DNA of 64,000 nt from Candidatus Latescibacterota bacterium (GTDB taxonomy: Bacteria > Latescibacterota > UBA2968 > GCA-2709665). The notes below the pieces were generated by a model. It searched no databases and was not told the origin of the DNA. It was given only the letters and a program-made list of their open reading frames with translations. The stretch is from NCBI GenBank assembly GCA_965219995.1, contig CBDCOX010000002.1, forward strand, positions 928,001 through 992,000, written 5' to 3'. The position numbers and the translations under genes are program-made. Shown here piece by piece: positions 48,167 through 58,018 of this stretch (positions are counted from its first letter, which is position 1; each line of letters starts with the position of its first letter).

Positions 48167-48331
48167 TCAGATATCCAGGACGACGAACGCCCGCCAACGT
48201 TTGTCCACGCGTTCGAGGGCATAGCGATGAAGCGTGACAGCCTTCACGTCCACAACCAGTTCGTGGCGATCCATATCCAGTTCCTCGCCGGAACCGGCGG
48301 GGGCGCCCGCCCTGCGTGGCGGGCATGGCAT
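48167..48331 (-). pseudogene. Internally deleted archease gene
   Basis: GAGG RBS and an MP start joined to GEELDMDRHELVVDVKAVTLHRYALERVDKRWRAFVVLDI*, the archease C-terminal signature; only 54 aa. Confidence 0.8.
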
Positions 48332-48338
48332 GTTCCTC

Positions 48339-49286
48339 TCAGTCGTGTTCGCTGTTTGCATAGTGGTTCTGCAACGGGTCCAGGCCGAAGTCGTTCTCCA
48401 GATCGCGCAATACGGAGTGGATGTGGTTCCCGTCGTTCTGGGTATTGTCGTATTCCACCAGATGGGTTGGGCCATGGATCCGGTAATAGTGCTTCTCCCC
48501 GGGTTGTATCCCGCCGGCCCAGGCAAAGTGAAGCCGGCCCACACCGGCCTTTCTGATGCGCGCCAGATGAGCTTGCGCCAGGTCGGGCCGGAGGTTCGTT
48601 GCGTACACGTCCAGAATCCGCATCACCGCGTCTTTCTGCGGCGGCGGCATTTCAGAAACGGGCAGACCCGCCGGATCGCCGATCCGCGCCACCTTGCTGT
48701 TTCGTGTGAGGATGTCGCTGGGCGCATCCGCCGCAATCCGGACCGTGGACTGCAGGTCCCCGGGCAGCGCATTCAGAACGCCTCGCGCCAGGTCCTCTTC
48801 ATCACGCAGCACGCGCCAGCCCTGGTGCTCTCCAGAGGGCACCCGCGCCGGGTTCGCGCCCCAGAAGGCCGGTGTGGACGCCACCTTTTTTTCCGTGCCG
48901 ACAGAAACCGTCAGCGACAGATGGTGGCCGTCGATTCGCCAGCCCCAGGTTCCTGTCCCGGACGCAAGGTCGCCAAACAGCGTCAGGAAATACCCGTCCG
49001 GATCCCGTCGGAATCGCGAGGTCGTCTGCGCCTCGATCTGTCCGAGGATGCCCTCAAGAACCATGATGTCCAGCGCTTTCTGATATCCGGCGTCGCTGAG
49101 CGCGCACTTCAACAGACAATGGGCCGCGTCCCGCTGAGCCTGCGACATTTCCCTGAAAGGCACACCGTTGCGCTTGACGGGTACGTAATTCCAGTTGAAA
49201 CGCTCCTCGTGTTCGAACGCGAACAGGATCCGCTTCCGCTGTTCCTCTGTGAGTTCGTTCATGAAATCCTGAGCTTCGCGCAGCAT
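48339..49286 (-). CDS. DUF3500 family protein
   Basis: WNYVP, WGWRIDGHHLSL, TPAFWGANP, YYRIHGP, EYDNTQNDGNHIHSV. Confidence 0.88.
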   Translation of the reverse strand: MLREAQDFMNELTEEQRKRILFAFEHEERFNWNYVPVKRNGVPFREMSQAQRDAAHCLLKCALSDAGYQKALDIMVLEGILGQIEAQTTSRFRRDPDGYFLTLFGDLASGTGTWGWRIDGHHLSLTVSVGTEKKVASTPAFWGANPARVPSGEHQGWRVLRDEEDLARGVLNALPGDLQSTVRIAADAPSDILTRNSKVARIGDPAGLPVSEMPPPQKDAVMRILDVYATNLRPDLAQAHLARIRKAGVGRLHFAWAGGIQPGEKHYYRIHGPTHLVEYDNTQNDGNHIHSVLRDLENDFGLDPLQNHYANSEHD

Positions 49287-49343
49287 GGGTTCCTCCCCGT
49301 GAGCGTACCTGTGGCAAATAGATGGTTTTGACGATTGAATCCG

Positions 49344-51410
49344 TCAGTTGGACGAATCGCCTTCAGCCGCACGGAATTCCGCGACGGACATCTGGTTGTT
49401 TGTCGTCTCGCCCGTTTTGAGCGCCACAAGGATGGGGGCGGGGTACGAACTCTTTGCAAGTAACGAATCCGTTTGTACACCCGTCGCCGTGTCCACCAGT
49501 ACCTCGTAGACGTCGTCGGGCTTCCAGAAATCCCGCGAGGGGCGCCCCGCTGTCGCGCCAGCCATAAACGCCGTCCAGATCGGCACCGCGTCGCGCCCGC
49601 CGGTTATCCGGGGACGTCTGCCGGTTTTCCGGTCGAAACCAACCCAGACGCTGGCCACCAGCCCGGGCGTAAAGCCGGTAAACCAGGCGTCCGCATAGTC
49701 GTTTGTCGTGCCTGTCTTCCCCGCCGCCGGCCTTTGGAATCCCCGTGACCTTACGCCGCGGCCGGTACCTCGGTGAATGACGTTTTGAAGCATTCGAATC
49801 ATGACATAGGCATCCGCGGCATTGATGACGGGAACGGGTTGCACCCGATGCGAGTACACGACACGACCCTCTGAGTCTTCGATCCGCCGCACAAAAGCGG
49901 GCTCCACGCGGACGCCGTAGTTGGCGATGGTGGCATAGGCCGCAGCCAACTCCAGCGGAGAAACCTCGCTTGCGCCAAGCGCGACGCTCGGATACGGCTC
50001 CATTTGGCGCCGAATGCCGAGACGCCTGCCCATTTCCACAACCCGCTCGGGCCCGATCCGATCCATAATCTGCACGCTTACGGAGTTCGCGGAATTCGTC
50101 AGGGCCCACGCCGCCGTCGTCAGGCCCAGGTATTGATCTCTGTAATTCCCGGGGGTCCACGGCTTCCCGTTCACAGTGTAGGTCCGCTGTTCATCCACAA
50201 ACAACGACACGGGCGATATCGCGCCCGTCGCCAGCGCTGCCAGATACACGACCGGCTTGAAACCCGATCCCGGCTGACGCCGGGCGGTCGTTGCCCGATT
50301 GTAGTGGCTGATGAAGATGTCACGGCCGCCGACCAATGCTCGCACGTATCCCGTTGCCGGTTCCACGCTGACCAATGCCGCCTGAATGTAGTCCTGCCTG
50401 CCCGCACTGCCGGCACGCTCGTACGGACCAAATCCAAGCCGTAAATCCACTTCCGCAAGCCCTTTCGCCACAGCCTTTTCTGCGGCTTTCTGCATCTGAA
50501 AATCCAACGTCGTATAGATGTTCAACGCACCGAAGCTGAGCGCGGACCGGCCCCATTGCCGTACCACCTGCTCTTTGATGATCTCGACGAAATACGGCGT
50601 TCGATTCCGGTCGCGGCGTTGCGGCGTAAGAACCGGCGGTTCGGCAAGGGCCCGTTTCAGCGCGTCCGATTCCAGGTATCCCGCGGCGTGCATGCGTCTC
50701 AGAACGTGTGCGGTACGCGCGGCGGCCTGCCGCCCGCCGTCCCGGAACGGATTCAACGCGCCGGGCGAGTTTGGCAACCCGGCCAGCATGGCCGCCTCCA
50801 CCAGACTCAGGTCGGCCGCGGCCTTACCGAAAAACGTCTGGGACGCATCCTCCACGCCATAAGCGTTGGTACCGAAGAAACTCCCGTTGATGTAGATTTC
50901 CAGCAGACTGTCCTTCGCCGCCTTTCCATACAACCTGGTAAACATCGCTTCCAGTTGCACGGCCAGCAGCACCTCCCTCGCCTTCCGAAGATACGTCTTC
51001 TCCCGCGTCAGGAACACATTCTTGACGATCTGCTGGGTAATCGTGCTTCCGCCCCTGACTTTTCGGAAGTGCGTCAGGTTCGCCAGAAATGCGCCCGCGA
51101 TGCCCTTCAGGCTGATTCCACGGTGCTCGTAGAACGATTCGTCTTCGGTTGCGACCACCGCCTTGATAAACCAGGGGCTCACCTGGTTCAGCGGCACCTG
51201 CCTCACCCGACGGTTGAACGTAAACAGCAACTCCCCGGAGTCCGCGTAGATACTCACGCCAGCCTGGCTTCGCAACGCGTCGGGGTCGGGTGGAATCCGC
51301 GGAAGCGTCGTCACCAGCCAGACGAAGCCGAGGCCCGCGAGGAGAACGGCGTCGGCCGCCACAATGATTCCCGTCCGGGTCCAGTCGTTCCGAAGCGAAG
51401 AACGGAGCAT
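49344..51410 (-). CDS. Class A penicillin-binding protein (PBP1A family)
   Basis: Transglycosylase EDESFYEHRG, GGSTITQQ, RKARE; transpeptidase SGFK, SAN, KTG. Confidence 0.95.
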   Translation of the reverse strand: MLRSSLRNDWTRTGIIVAADAVLLAGLGFVWLVTTLPRIPPDPDALRSQAGVSIYADSGELLFTFNRRVRQVPLNQVSPWFIKAVVATEDESFYEHRGISLKGIAGAFLANLTHFRKVRGGSTITQQIVKNVFLTREKTYLRKAREVLLAVQLEAMFTRLYGKAAKDSLLEIYINGSFFGTNAYGVEDASQTFFGKAAADLSLVEAAMLAGLPNSPGALNPFRDGGRQAAARTAHVLRRMHAAGYLESDALKRALAEPPVLTPQRRDRNRTPYFVEIIKEQVVRQWGRSALSFGALNIYTTLDFQMQKAAEKAVAKGLAEVDLRLGFGPYERAGSAGRQDYIQAALVSVEPATGYVRALVGGRDIFISHYNRATTARRQPGSGFKPVVYLAALATGAISPVSLFVDEQRTYTVNGKPWTPGNYRDQYLGLTTAAWALTNSANSVSVQIMDRIGPERVVEMGRRLGIRRQMEPYPSVALGASEVSPLELAAAYATIANYGVRVEPAFVRRIEDSEGRVVYSHRVQPVPVINAADAYVMIRMLQNVIHRGTGRGVRSRGFQRPAAGKTGTTNDYADAWFTGFTPGLVASVWVGFDRKTGRRPRITGGRDAVPIWTAFMAGATAGRPSRDFWKPDDVYEVLVDTATGVQTDSLLAKSSYPAPILVALKTGETTNNQMSVAEFRAAEGDSSN

Positions 51411-52255
51411 CAGGGAGGCCCTCCCCCGTCTCCGAATAGTTCTGCGATTGCCCCCGCGTGCAATTCAAAGATGACCGAGGTCCGTTCCGGGTCGACATAG
51501 GCCAGTTCGCAGTGGTAACTGCCGAGCCCGCTCTGAACAAGAATCTGGCTTACACTTCCGGACCGGTAGTCTCCGATCAGACGATTCCGTTCTTCGGACC
51601 GTAACTGTTCGACGATATCCCCTGCCAGCCGTTCACGAACGTCCGCCCGGGTCGAGTCCGCGATCTTCAGGGAGTCTGCCTGGGCGCGCCATTCGGTCCC
51701 GCCCGCGTGGCGATACAGCGCGTTGACCCGCTGCTGTGCCAGGGTCTGGTAACGAGCCTCCGGGAGACTCGCCAACTTCAGCAGGGAAAGCCCGCGATTG
51801 AAGGCGCTGACGCTTCCGATCAGTTCCCGCGTATCGCGGCTCGCGCCCCTGGCGAGTTCAGTACGCCAGACCGCGATCAGGGAAGGCATGCCCGTCTCCG
51901 GCACACGTTCCAGCTCGAAGCGGGCGCCCGCAACCGCATCGGGCAGGCCTCCCCTGACCGCAGGCGCTTCCATCGTCCGCAACGTATCCTCCACCACCGC
52001 CCGCGCGTCCAGCTGCTTCCATATACCGCCCGTCCTGGCGCGCCTCGCGTTGGTCCGGTCCAACGCAATCCCCACCCAACCGGCAATCCAGTCGTTGCGG
52101 TATTCCAGGCAGGCAGCGAGCACGGCCAACAAGGAGATCGAGAGCAGCCCGACGACAGGATAGGCCACCTTCCTGTATCTCCACGTCGACCAGCGTTCCT
52201 CGATCAACGACCGGACGCGACGCCCGGGCGGGCCGATTCGATGCTGGAAAGCCAT
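51410..52255 (-). CDS. Hypothetical membrane-anchored protein
   Basis: One N-terminal TM segment; stop overlaps the PBP1A start; no recognisable motif. Confidence 0.65.
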   Translation of the reverse strand: MAFQHRIGPPGRRVRSLIEERWSTWRYRKVAYPVVGLLSISLLAVLAACLEYRNDWIAGWVGIALDRTNARRARTGGIWKQLDARAVVEDTLRTMEAPAVRGGLPDAVAGARFELERVPETGMPSLIAVWRTELARGASRDTRELIGSVSAFNRGLSLLKLASLPEARYQTLAQQRVNALYRHAGGTEWRAQADSLKIADSTRADVRERLAGDIVEQLRSEERNRLIGDYRSGSVSQILVQSGLGSYHCELAYVDPERTSVIFELHAGAIAELFGDGGGPP

Positions 52256-52337
52256 GGTGTTTTCAAGTCGTCAAAAAAATCCCGAAACAACGCACCTTCG
52301 GCTGTTACGGGATCGGTTGACGGAATTCTGGAAGAAA

Positions 52338-53360
52338 TCAGGCGGCAACGCCCTCCATATCCGGAACATATTTGCCGTAGCGTGCAGCGCCGTTACAGCC
52401 TGCCCGGTGATAAAACACCTGTTGCGCCGCCGCCACGTTGGCAGCCCGACCCTTCCAGACGGCGCGGGCCGGATCCTGTAACGCCCTTCCATAAGAATAA
52501 CTGAGTTCCCACGGGAAATCGCCGATCTGATTCATTGTGTTCAGGTGCAAGGTGGAGAGTTCCGGGCTCTGACCCCCGGATAGAAACACCACACCCGGAA
52601 CGGCCGCAGGAACCGTTCGCCGGAGGCACCGGACGGTTGCTTCAGCCACCTCCGGAACGCCCGCCTGCACCGGACAGCTGGCGCCGGACAATACCATACT
52701 GGCTTTAAGCAAAGTACCTTCGAGAACGACCCCGTGCTCTCCCAATTCCGAATACACGCTACGCAATACCGACTCCGTCACTTCTTCGCATCGCTCGATG
52801 GTGTGATCGCCTTCCATCAGCACTTCGGGCTCCACGATGGGTACAACACCCGCCTCCTGGCACTCGGCGGCGTAACGGGCGAGGGCGTGGGCGTTGGCAT
52901 GGATGCACGCACGCGTGGGAATCCCGTCGCCAATGGCGATGGCAGCCCGCCATTTGGCGAATCGAGCGCCGCTCCTATGATACGCTTCCAATCGGCTCCG
53001 GAGTCCGTCCAGACCCTCGGTTATCTGTTCGCCCGGAAACCCCGCCAACTGCACGAGCCCGGTGTCCGCCTTGATACCGGGAATCATCCCCCGGTCGGAC
53101 AGCAACCGGGGAAACGGCACGCCGCCGAGCGAGGCCGTGTTCAGCGTTTCCTCGAACAGAATGACGCCGCTGATAAAGTCCGCCAGATCCGGTGTCGTGA
53201 ACAACAAATCGCGATACGCGCGCCGTGCCTCCGCTGTGGGTTCCACGCCGATGTCGGCAAAACGCTTCGTGATGGTTCCCATACTCTCGTCTGCCGCCAG
53301 TATTCCTCCACCCGCGGGTACCAGTGCGCGAGCCGTGGCTTCGAGTTCCGCTCTTGACAT
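52338..53360 (-). CDS. Fructose-bisphosphate aldolase class I
   Basis: GILAADES, ARFAKWR, VPIVEPEV, GTLLK, FLSGGQS, SYGRALQ. Confidence 0.95.
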   Translation of the reverse strand: MSRAELEATARALVPAGGGILAADESMGTITKRFADIGVEPTAEARRAYRDLLFTTPDLADFISGVILFEETLNTASLGGVPFPRLLSDRGMIPGIKADTGLVQLAGFPGEQITEGLDGLRSRLEAYHRSGARFAKWRAAIAIGDGIPTRACIHANAHALARYAAECQEAGVVPIVEPEVLMEGDHTIERCEEVTESVLRSVYSELGEHGVVLEGTLLKASMVLSGASCPVQAGVPEVAEATVRCLRRTVPAAVPGVVFLSGGQSPELSTLHLNTMNQIGDFPWELSYSYGRALQDPARAVWKGRAANVAAAQQVFYHRAGCNGAARYGKYVPDMEGVAA

Positions 53361-53460
53361 CGATAAGGACCTCACTACCCGGTGTGATACGGTATACTTG
53401 AATATGCACCATAGAATATACGTTATAATCGGACGTTGTCCAGCAGATTCCGGTCTATCT

Positions 53461-54417
53461 TCAGGGGTCCGTGGGGCCCCTGGCCGCCCTGCGGTCGGCA
53501 TCCGGCGTATCAAGTGTCCACACATCGTTGTAGACGGTGCTTCCCGCGATGGACCCGCTGTACCCGCCGAGCAGCCAGATCTTCTGCCGGAAGTCGAGGC
53601 ACGGAAACGCGTGGCGAATCCCCCACGGCGCGGCGCGGTGACAGCGCCTCCATGTCCGTCCGTCGCCGGAGTACCAGACATCGTTCATATTGATGGCCGG
53701 CTCAATGGCCCCGCCGGCGATCCACATCCTGCCGGCGTATTTGAAGCAACTGTGGAAGCGCCGGGGGCTCCAGCACGCATGGGTTGTCTCCGGTTTCCAC
53801 GAAACGCCATCCGACGAACTCCAGACATCGTTATAATTCACACGCCGATCGTGATAATTTCCCCCTCCGAGAATCCACATCCTGTTTCTGTGTTCGATGG
53901 CCGGAAACATGGCCCGCGGAGCCCACTGCGAGGACGCGGCGACAAGATCCCATTGACGCCCGTCGTCCGAGCACCAGACGTCGCCGTAATGCGCCTTTTC
54001 TTCCCAGTTGAGCCCGCCCAGAACCCAGATCCGGTTACCGTACACCAGGCAGCCGAAAGCGCCGCGGCAACCCCACGGTGCACGATGTGTCACACGATCC
54101 CAGTTGCGGCCGTCACCCGAACACCAGATATCCCCGAGCGTATGGACGCCGTCAAATCCGCCCATCAACCATATTCGACCTCCCAGCACCACGCAACCCG
54201 CCAGATTCCTGGCGGGCCAGGGCGCCGCCGTCAACAGGCATTCCCACGTCAGACCGTCGTTGGAACGCCACACGTCGTTCAGACGCGGGAAGTTCGCGGG
54301 ACCCAGCATCTGCCAGCCGCCGAGCAGCCAGATCTGATCCCCGAAGACCGCGGCCCCCGGCGAATCTCTGGGCGGCCACGGCGCGGATTCGGTGATAGGG
54401 TACCAGGTCGCTTTCAT
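53461..54417 (-). CDS. Kelch-repeat beta-propeller protein
   Basis: Six repeats of W.PR...IW.LGG...DVW.S.DG..W. Confidence 0.88.
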   Translation of the reverse strand: MKATWYPITESAPWPPRDSPGAAVFGDQIWLLGGWQMLGPANFPRLNDVWRSNDGLTWECLLTAAPWPARNLAGCVVLGGRIWLMGGFDGVHTLGDIWCSGDGRNWDRVTHRAPWGCRGAFGCLVYGNRIWVLGGLNWEEKAHYGDVWCSDDGRQWDLVAASSQWAPRAMFPAIEHRNRMWILGGGNYHDRRVNYNDVWSSSDGVSWKPETTHACWSPRRFHSCFKYAGRMWIAGGAIEPAINMNDVWYSGDGRTWRRCHRAAPWGIRHAFPCLDFRQKIWLLGGYSGSIAGSTVYNDVWTLDTPDADRRAARGPTDP

Positions 54418-54559
54418 CCTGAAGGCGCACCGCGCGAAAAGCCCCTAAAGCTGCGGACTTCCCTTTTTTGTTTTCCAACGTCTCGTTTTTCCGATATATT
54501 TGACATCCGTCACCTCCGAAGCCGCGATTCGATGAAACCCTTGGCGGTTCCACAATCCT

Positions 54560-55378
54560 ATGTACCGTACGCTCGTTTACGCCGTCTTCAGCCAGCTCGC
54601 TGTCGGCGGGTTGTTATCAATGCTGGTTGTTCCGCTGGAAGCCGGCAGACGCTTCTTCCGGTTCTGCGCGATCGCGTGCCTCGTGTTTCTCCTGCTGGCC
54701 CTGAGGGTGGGGCCTTTCCCTCTCCTGACACCATTAGCGGATGGCGCAACGGGCGACTTGCTGCCCCGTTGGCTGTTGTTGGCCTGCGCCCTGCTCGCAT
54801 TGGCCTACCTTATTGCGGTTATCGCCGAACGTGTGAAACCGCAAAAGCCGCTGCTTGCCGCCGCGGGTACGGCTGGTGCGGCCGGTTTGTTGTCGGACGG
54901 GTGGATTGCCTGCGCCGCCTGCCCGCCCGCCGTCGCCAGCCTGTTGACCGCCGCCTGTTACCTTGTTTCCGCTCTGTTCCTGGGCAGCGTCATCTTCGCG
55001 ATGATTCTGGGCCACTGGTACCTCGTGGTACCGGCACTCCATATCAGGCCCATTCGCGCCCTCACGCAGCTGATGCTCGGCGCCACGCTGGCCAAAGTGA
55101 TGCTGACCGTGCTCACGTTGTACATGTTCTGGGCGGACGGCGACGCGCAGACACGCGAAACGCTGCGGTCTTTCGGGGGAATCGGCGGTCTCTTTCTCTG
55201 GGTAAGGGTACTCTTCGGGTTGCTGGGTCCGCTCTTTGTCGGCTTCATGGTCTGGCAGACCGTAAAGATTCACTCGACCCAATCGGCCACGGGCCTGCTG
55301 TACGTGGCGACGATCTTCGTGCTGATCGGAGAATGTGTCTCCGCTTATATTTTCTATACAACCACCATTCCGGTTTAG
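54560..55378 (+). CDS. Polytopic membrane protein with a DmsC-like N-terminus
   Basis: About 8 TM segments; VFSQLAVGG start; MILGHWYLV and TQSATGLLYV motifs. Confidence 0.75.
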   Translation: MYRTLVYAVFSQLAVGGLLSMLVVPLEAGRRFFRFCAIACLVFLLLALRVGPFPLLTPLADGATGDLLPRWLLLACALLALAYLIAVIAERVKPQKPLLAAAGTAGAAGLLSDGWIACAACPPAVASLLTAACYLVSALFLGSVIFAMILGHWYLVVPALHIRPIRALTQLMLGATLAKVMLTVLTLYMFWADGDAQTRETLRSFGGIGGLFLWVRVLFGLLGPLFVGFMVWQTVKIHSTQSATGLLYVATIFVLIGECVSAYIFYTTTIPV

Positions 55379-55382
55379 GCCT

Positions 55383-55829
55383 ATGAAAATCAGTTTCCGC
55401 TGTTACGACTGCCAGGCCGTCAACGAGGTTCGGCCTTCGAAGGCCGAGACCTCGTGTACGGCATGCGGCCGAACGTTCGCGATGGCTTTCTCGAACAATG
55501 TCCTGCAAGGCAATCAGGTTGACGTCTGCCCCCGATGCGAAAAGACCGATTTTTACGTCCAGAGAGACTTCAACGGAAAAATCGGACTGGCGATCGCGGT
55601 GCTGTTTGCCGTCGTCGGGCTGGTTTTCGTGGCGCTGGACCGCCCCGTCTACTTCTACGTCTGTCTTGGCGCGGCCGCGATGATCGACCTTGCGCTGTTC
55701 CTGTGCCTGCCGGAAATTACGATTTGCTACAGTTGCAAGACTGCCTTTCGGGGCGCCCGCAAGAACCCGAAACATCAGGCGTTCGATCTGCATACCGCAG
55801 ATATGTACGATAACCGCGCCAAGGGGTGA
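55383..55829 (+). CDS. Zinc-ribbon membrane protein (four CxxC)
   Basis: CYDC, CTAC, CPRC, two TM helices, CYSC. Confidence 0.8.
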   Translation: MKISFRCYDCQAVNEVRPSKAETSCTACGRTFAMAFSNNVLQGNQVDVCPRCEKTDFYVQRDFNGKIGLAIAVLFAVVGLVFVALDRPVYFYVCLGAAAMIDLALFLCLPEITICYSCKTAFRGARKNPKHQAFDLHTADMYDNRAKG

Positions 55830-55907
55830 CCCGTTGTGATGCGGGGTCGGCAAACGGTTGACCGGGATGACTTTCGTCAGCCGGTTTTGTTCCCTGACCG
55901 TCGGCCG

Positions 55908-56477
55908 TCAGTCCGCGGCGCCAAAGGCCAGTCCCAGACTGATCCGGAAAGAGGAGTCCGCTTCGTCGTCGGCGATCATCATCTTGATTTCACCGAACCA
56001 GAGCATCCCGGGTCCGAACCGTCTGCGAAACCCGAGGGGAACATTCAGGGTAACCTTCGTGTCCTCGGGTACAGACACGTTTATCGTGCCCCCCTGCCCC
56101 CCTGGCTCGATGATGTCCCATCGTGACAGATGGACGCCGATTCCGCCGCCCACGTAGCCTACGGTGTTGCCCTCGCCGAAAATGAACTGGGCTTCGCCGT
56201 TGATGGAATACATCTTCAAATTGTCCTGTATAACCAGATCCACGCCCGGTACGAGATGGAGACGAGGTATGAAGATGGATCCGAAATCCACGTGCCCGCC
56301 GACCGCCAGACGGGCCGAGTCGAATTCATACCCCACGTACTCCTGGGACTCCTGACGCGTCAGGTCCACGCCAGCCTTCAACCCCAGCCCGCGCAGCCCG
56401 AGCGCGTCTGCCCGGCAGTGACCCGAAACCAGAACTGCGGCAACCAGTCCAAACGTCCACCATGTACACTTACGCAT
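55908..56477 (-). CDS. Small outer-membrane beta-barrel protein
   Basis: Signal-peptide-like N-terminus, alternating beta-strand pattern, YVGGGIG, C-terminal FRISLGLAF. Confidence 0.7.
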   Translation of the reverse strand: MRKCTWWTFGLVAAVLVSGHCRADALGLRGLGLKAGVDLTRQESQEYVGYEFDSARLAVGGHVDFGSIFIPRLHLVPGVDLVIQDNLKMYSINGEAQFIFGEGNTVGYVGGGIGVHLSRWDIIEPGGQGGTINVSVPEDTKVTLNVPLGFRRRFGPGMLWFGEIKMMIADDEADSSFRISLGLAFGAAD

Positions 56478-56555
56478 AGGGATGCCCCCGTTTCCGTTAT
56501 CGCCCGGCGGCGGGCGCCGTTCGGACAATGCTTCACGCCGCCCGCCGTCGTGCCG

Positions 56556-57647
56556 TCATGCATTGAAGAGGAAGCGGATTACGTCGCCGTCCTGAACGGC
56601 ATACTCCCTTCCTTCGGTGCGCATCCTGCCCGCCTCCCGCAACCCGGCGATGCCGCCGGCGGCCAGGACGTCCCGGTAAGCGGCCACGTCTGCCCTGATG
56701 AACCCGCGCTCCATGTCCGAGTGGACCCGTCCCGCGGCGGCTGGAGCCCGCGTGCCTTCGGGAAGTTCCCAGGCCTGCAGCCTCTCGTTTGCCGTGGTAT
56801 AGAACGCGATCAGCCCCAGAAGGGCGTAGCCGGCGCGAATCAGCCGGATTACGCCCGGCTGTGCCAACCCCATATCCGCCACGAAGACATCACGGTCGGC
56901 AGGCGGCAATTCGGCGATCTCCGCTTCGATCTGTGCCGCGAGCACAAGGACGCGGTCGGCGCCGACAGTCTTCCGCAGCCTGGCCGTCGGGCCGCCCCCT
57001 TCCGGCAGATCCGACTCCGAGACGTTCGACACGTACAACACGGGTTTGGCGGTAAGAAAACTGAAGGGCTTCAGGGCCTCCAATTGCGCTTCGGTCAGAT
57101 CCTGTTCCCTCAGGGGCAGAGACCGCCCCAACCCTTCGATGGCCGCCCTGAGGGTTTCATAGACGTTGCGCTCAGGGGCGCGCGGATTGGAACGCAGGAC
57201 GCCTTCGATCCGGCGCGCAATCCCTTCAGCCGATTCGAGATCGGCCAGTTCAAGCTCGGTTTCGACGGTATCCGCGTCCCTTACCGGATCGACGACGCCA
57301 TCCACATGCGGTACGTTTTCGTCTTCGTAGGCGCGGACGACGTGAACCAGCGCGTCGACCTCCCGAATTCGCGCCAGAAACCGGTTACCCAGGCCCTCGC
57401 CACGGCTCGCGCCCCGCACCAGACCGGCAATATCCACAAACTGAACGAACGCCGGGATGCAGGCCTCGGGCGCGAGCAGTTCATTCAGCCGTTGAAGGCG
57501 CTCGTCCGGCACTTCCACGACGCCCACATTCGGTTCAACGGTACAAAAAGGATAGTTCGATGCTTCGACGCCGGTCCTGGTGAGCGCATTGAACAGGGTC
57601 GACTTGCCCGCGTTTGGCAGGCCGATAATGCCGATATTGAGGGCCAT
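56556..57647 (-). CDS. ychF: Redox-regulated ATPase YchF
   Basis: GLPNAGKSTLFNALT, NYPFCTVEPN, DIAGLVRGASRGEGLGNRFL, TGS domain. Confidence 0.97.
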   Translation of the reverse strand: MALNIGIIGLPNAGKSTLFNALTRTGVEASNYPFCTVEPNVGVVEVPDERLQRLNELLAPEACIPAFVQFVDIAGLVRGASRGEGLGNRFLARIREVDALVHVVRAYEDENVPHVDGVVDPVRDADTVETELELADLESAEGIARRIEGVLRSNPRAPERNVYETLRAAIEGLGRSLPLREQDLTEAQLEALKPFSFLTAKPVLYVSNVSESDLPEGGGPTARLRKTVGADRVLVLAAQIEAEIAELPPADRDVFVADMGLAQPGVIRLIRAGYALLGLIAFYTTANERLQAWELPEGTRAPAAAGRVHSDMERGFIRADVAAYRDVLAAGGIAGLREAGRMRTEGREYAVQDGDVIRFLFNA

Positions 57648-57748
57648 ACTCGCTGGCAGGATACGGCGGACGCGTTCGCGCCCGACAAAAAAAAACAGCC
57701 AGAGGCTAAACATAATCCGCTGGCCGACAGAAAGTTGACCAACTAACG

Positions 57749-58015
57749 TTAAAGCCCGCCGCTGATGGCGGTAACAAAGTGGACCTCGCTTTCCGCTTCT
57801 ACCCTCTGACGCATTCCGTCGTTGCTTACAGTGCCGTCGATTGCAACCGCCAGACCGGGTCTGATACGGCCATCCTCGCAGATTCGCTCCCTGATCCCCG
57901 GAAACTTCGCTTCGAGGTTCTCAATGACCTCCCGTATTGTCTCTCCCGGTACCTGAACCTGCTCCAGACCGTCGGTGAGACGACGCATTAGAGACGGGAT
58001 CCAGACCTCCGGCAT
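57749..58015 (-). CDS. MoaD/ThiS family ubiquitin-like protein
   Basis: Beta-grasp pattern; C-terminus AISGGL. Confidence 0.88.
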   Translation of the reverse strand: MPEVWIPSLMRRLTDGLEQVQVPGETIREVIENLEAKFPGIRERICEDGRIRPGLAVAIDGTVSNDGMRQRVEAESEVHFVTAISGGL

Positions 58016-58018
58016 GGC

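Noticed and set aside
53062-55386. 774-aa plus-strand ORF
   Set aside because: Runs antisense to the aldolase and Kelch genes and out of frame over the membrane gene; Pro/Arg-rich with no domain
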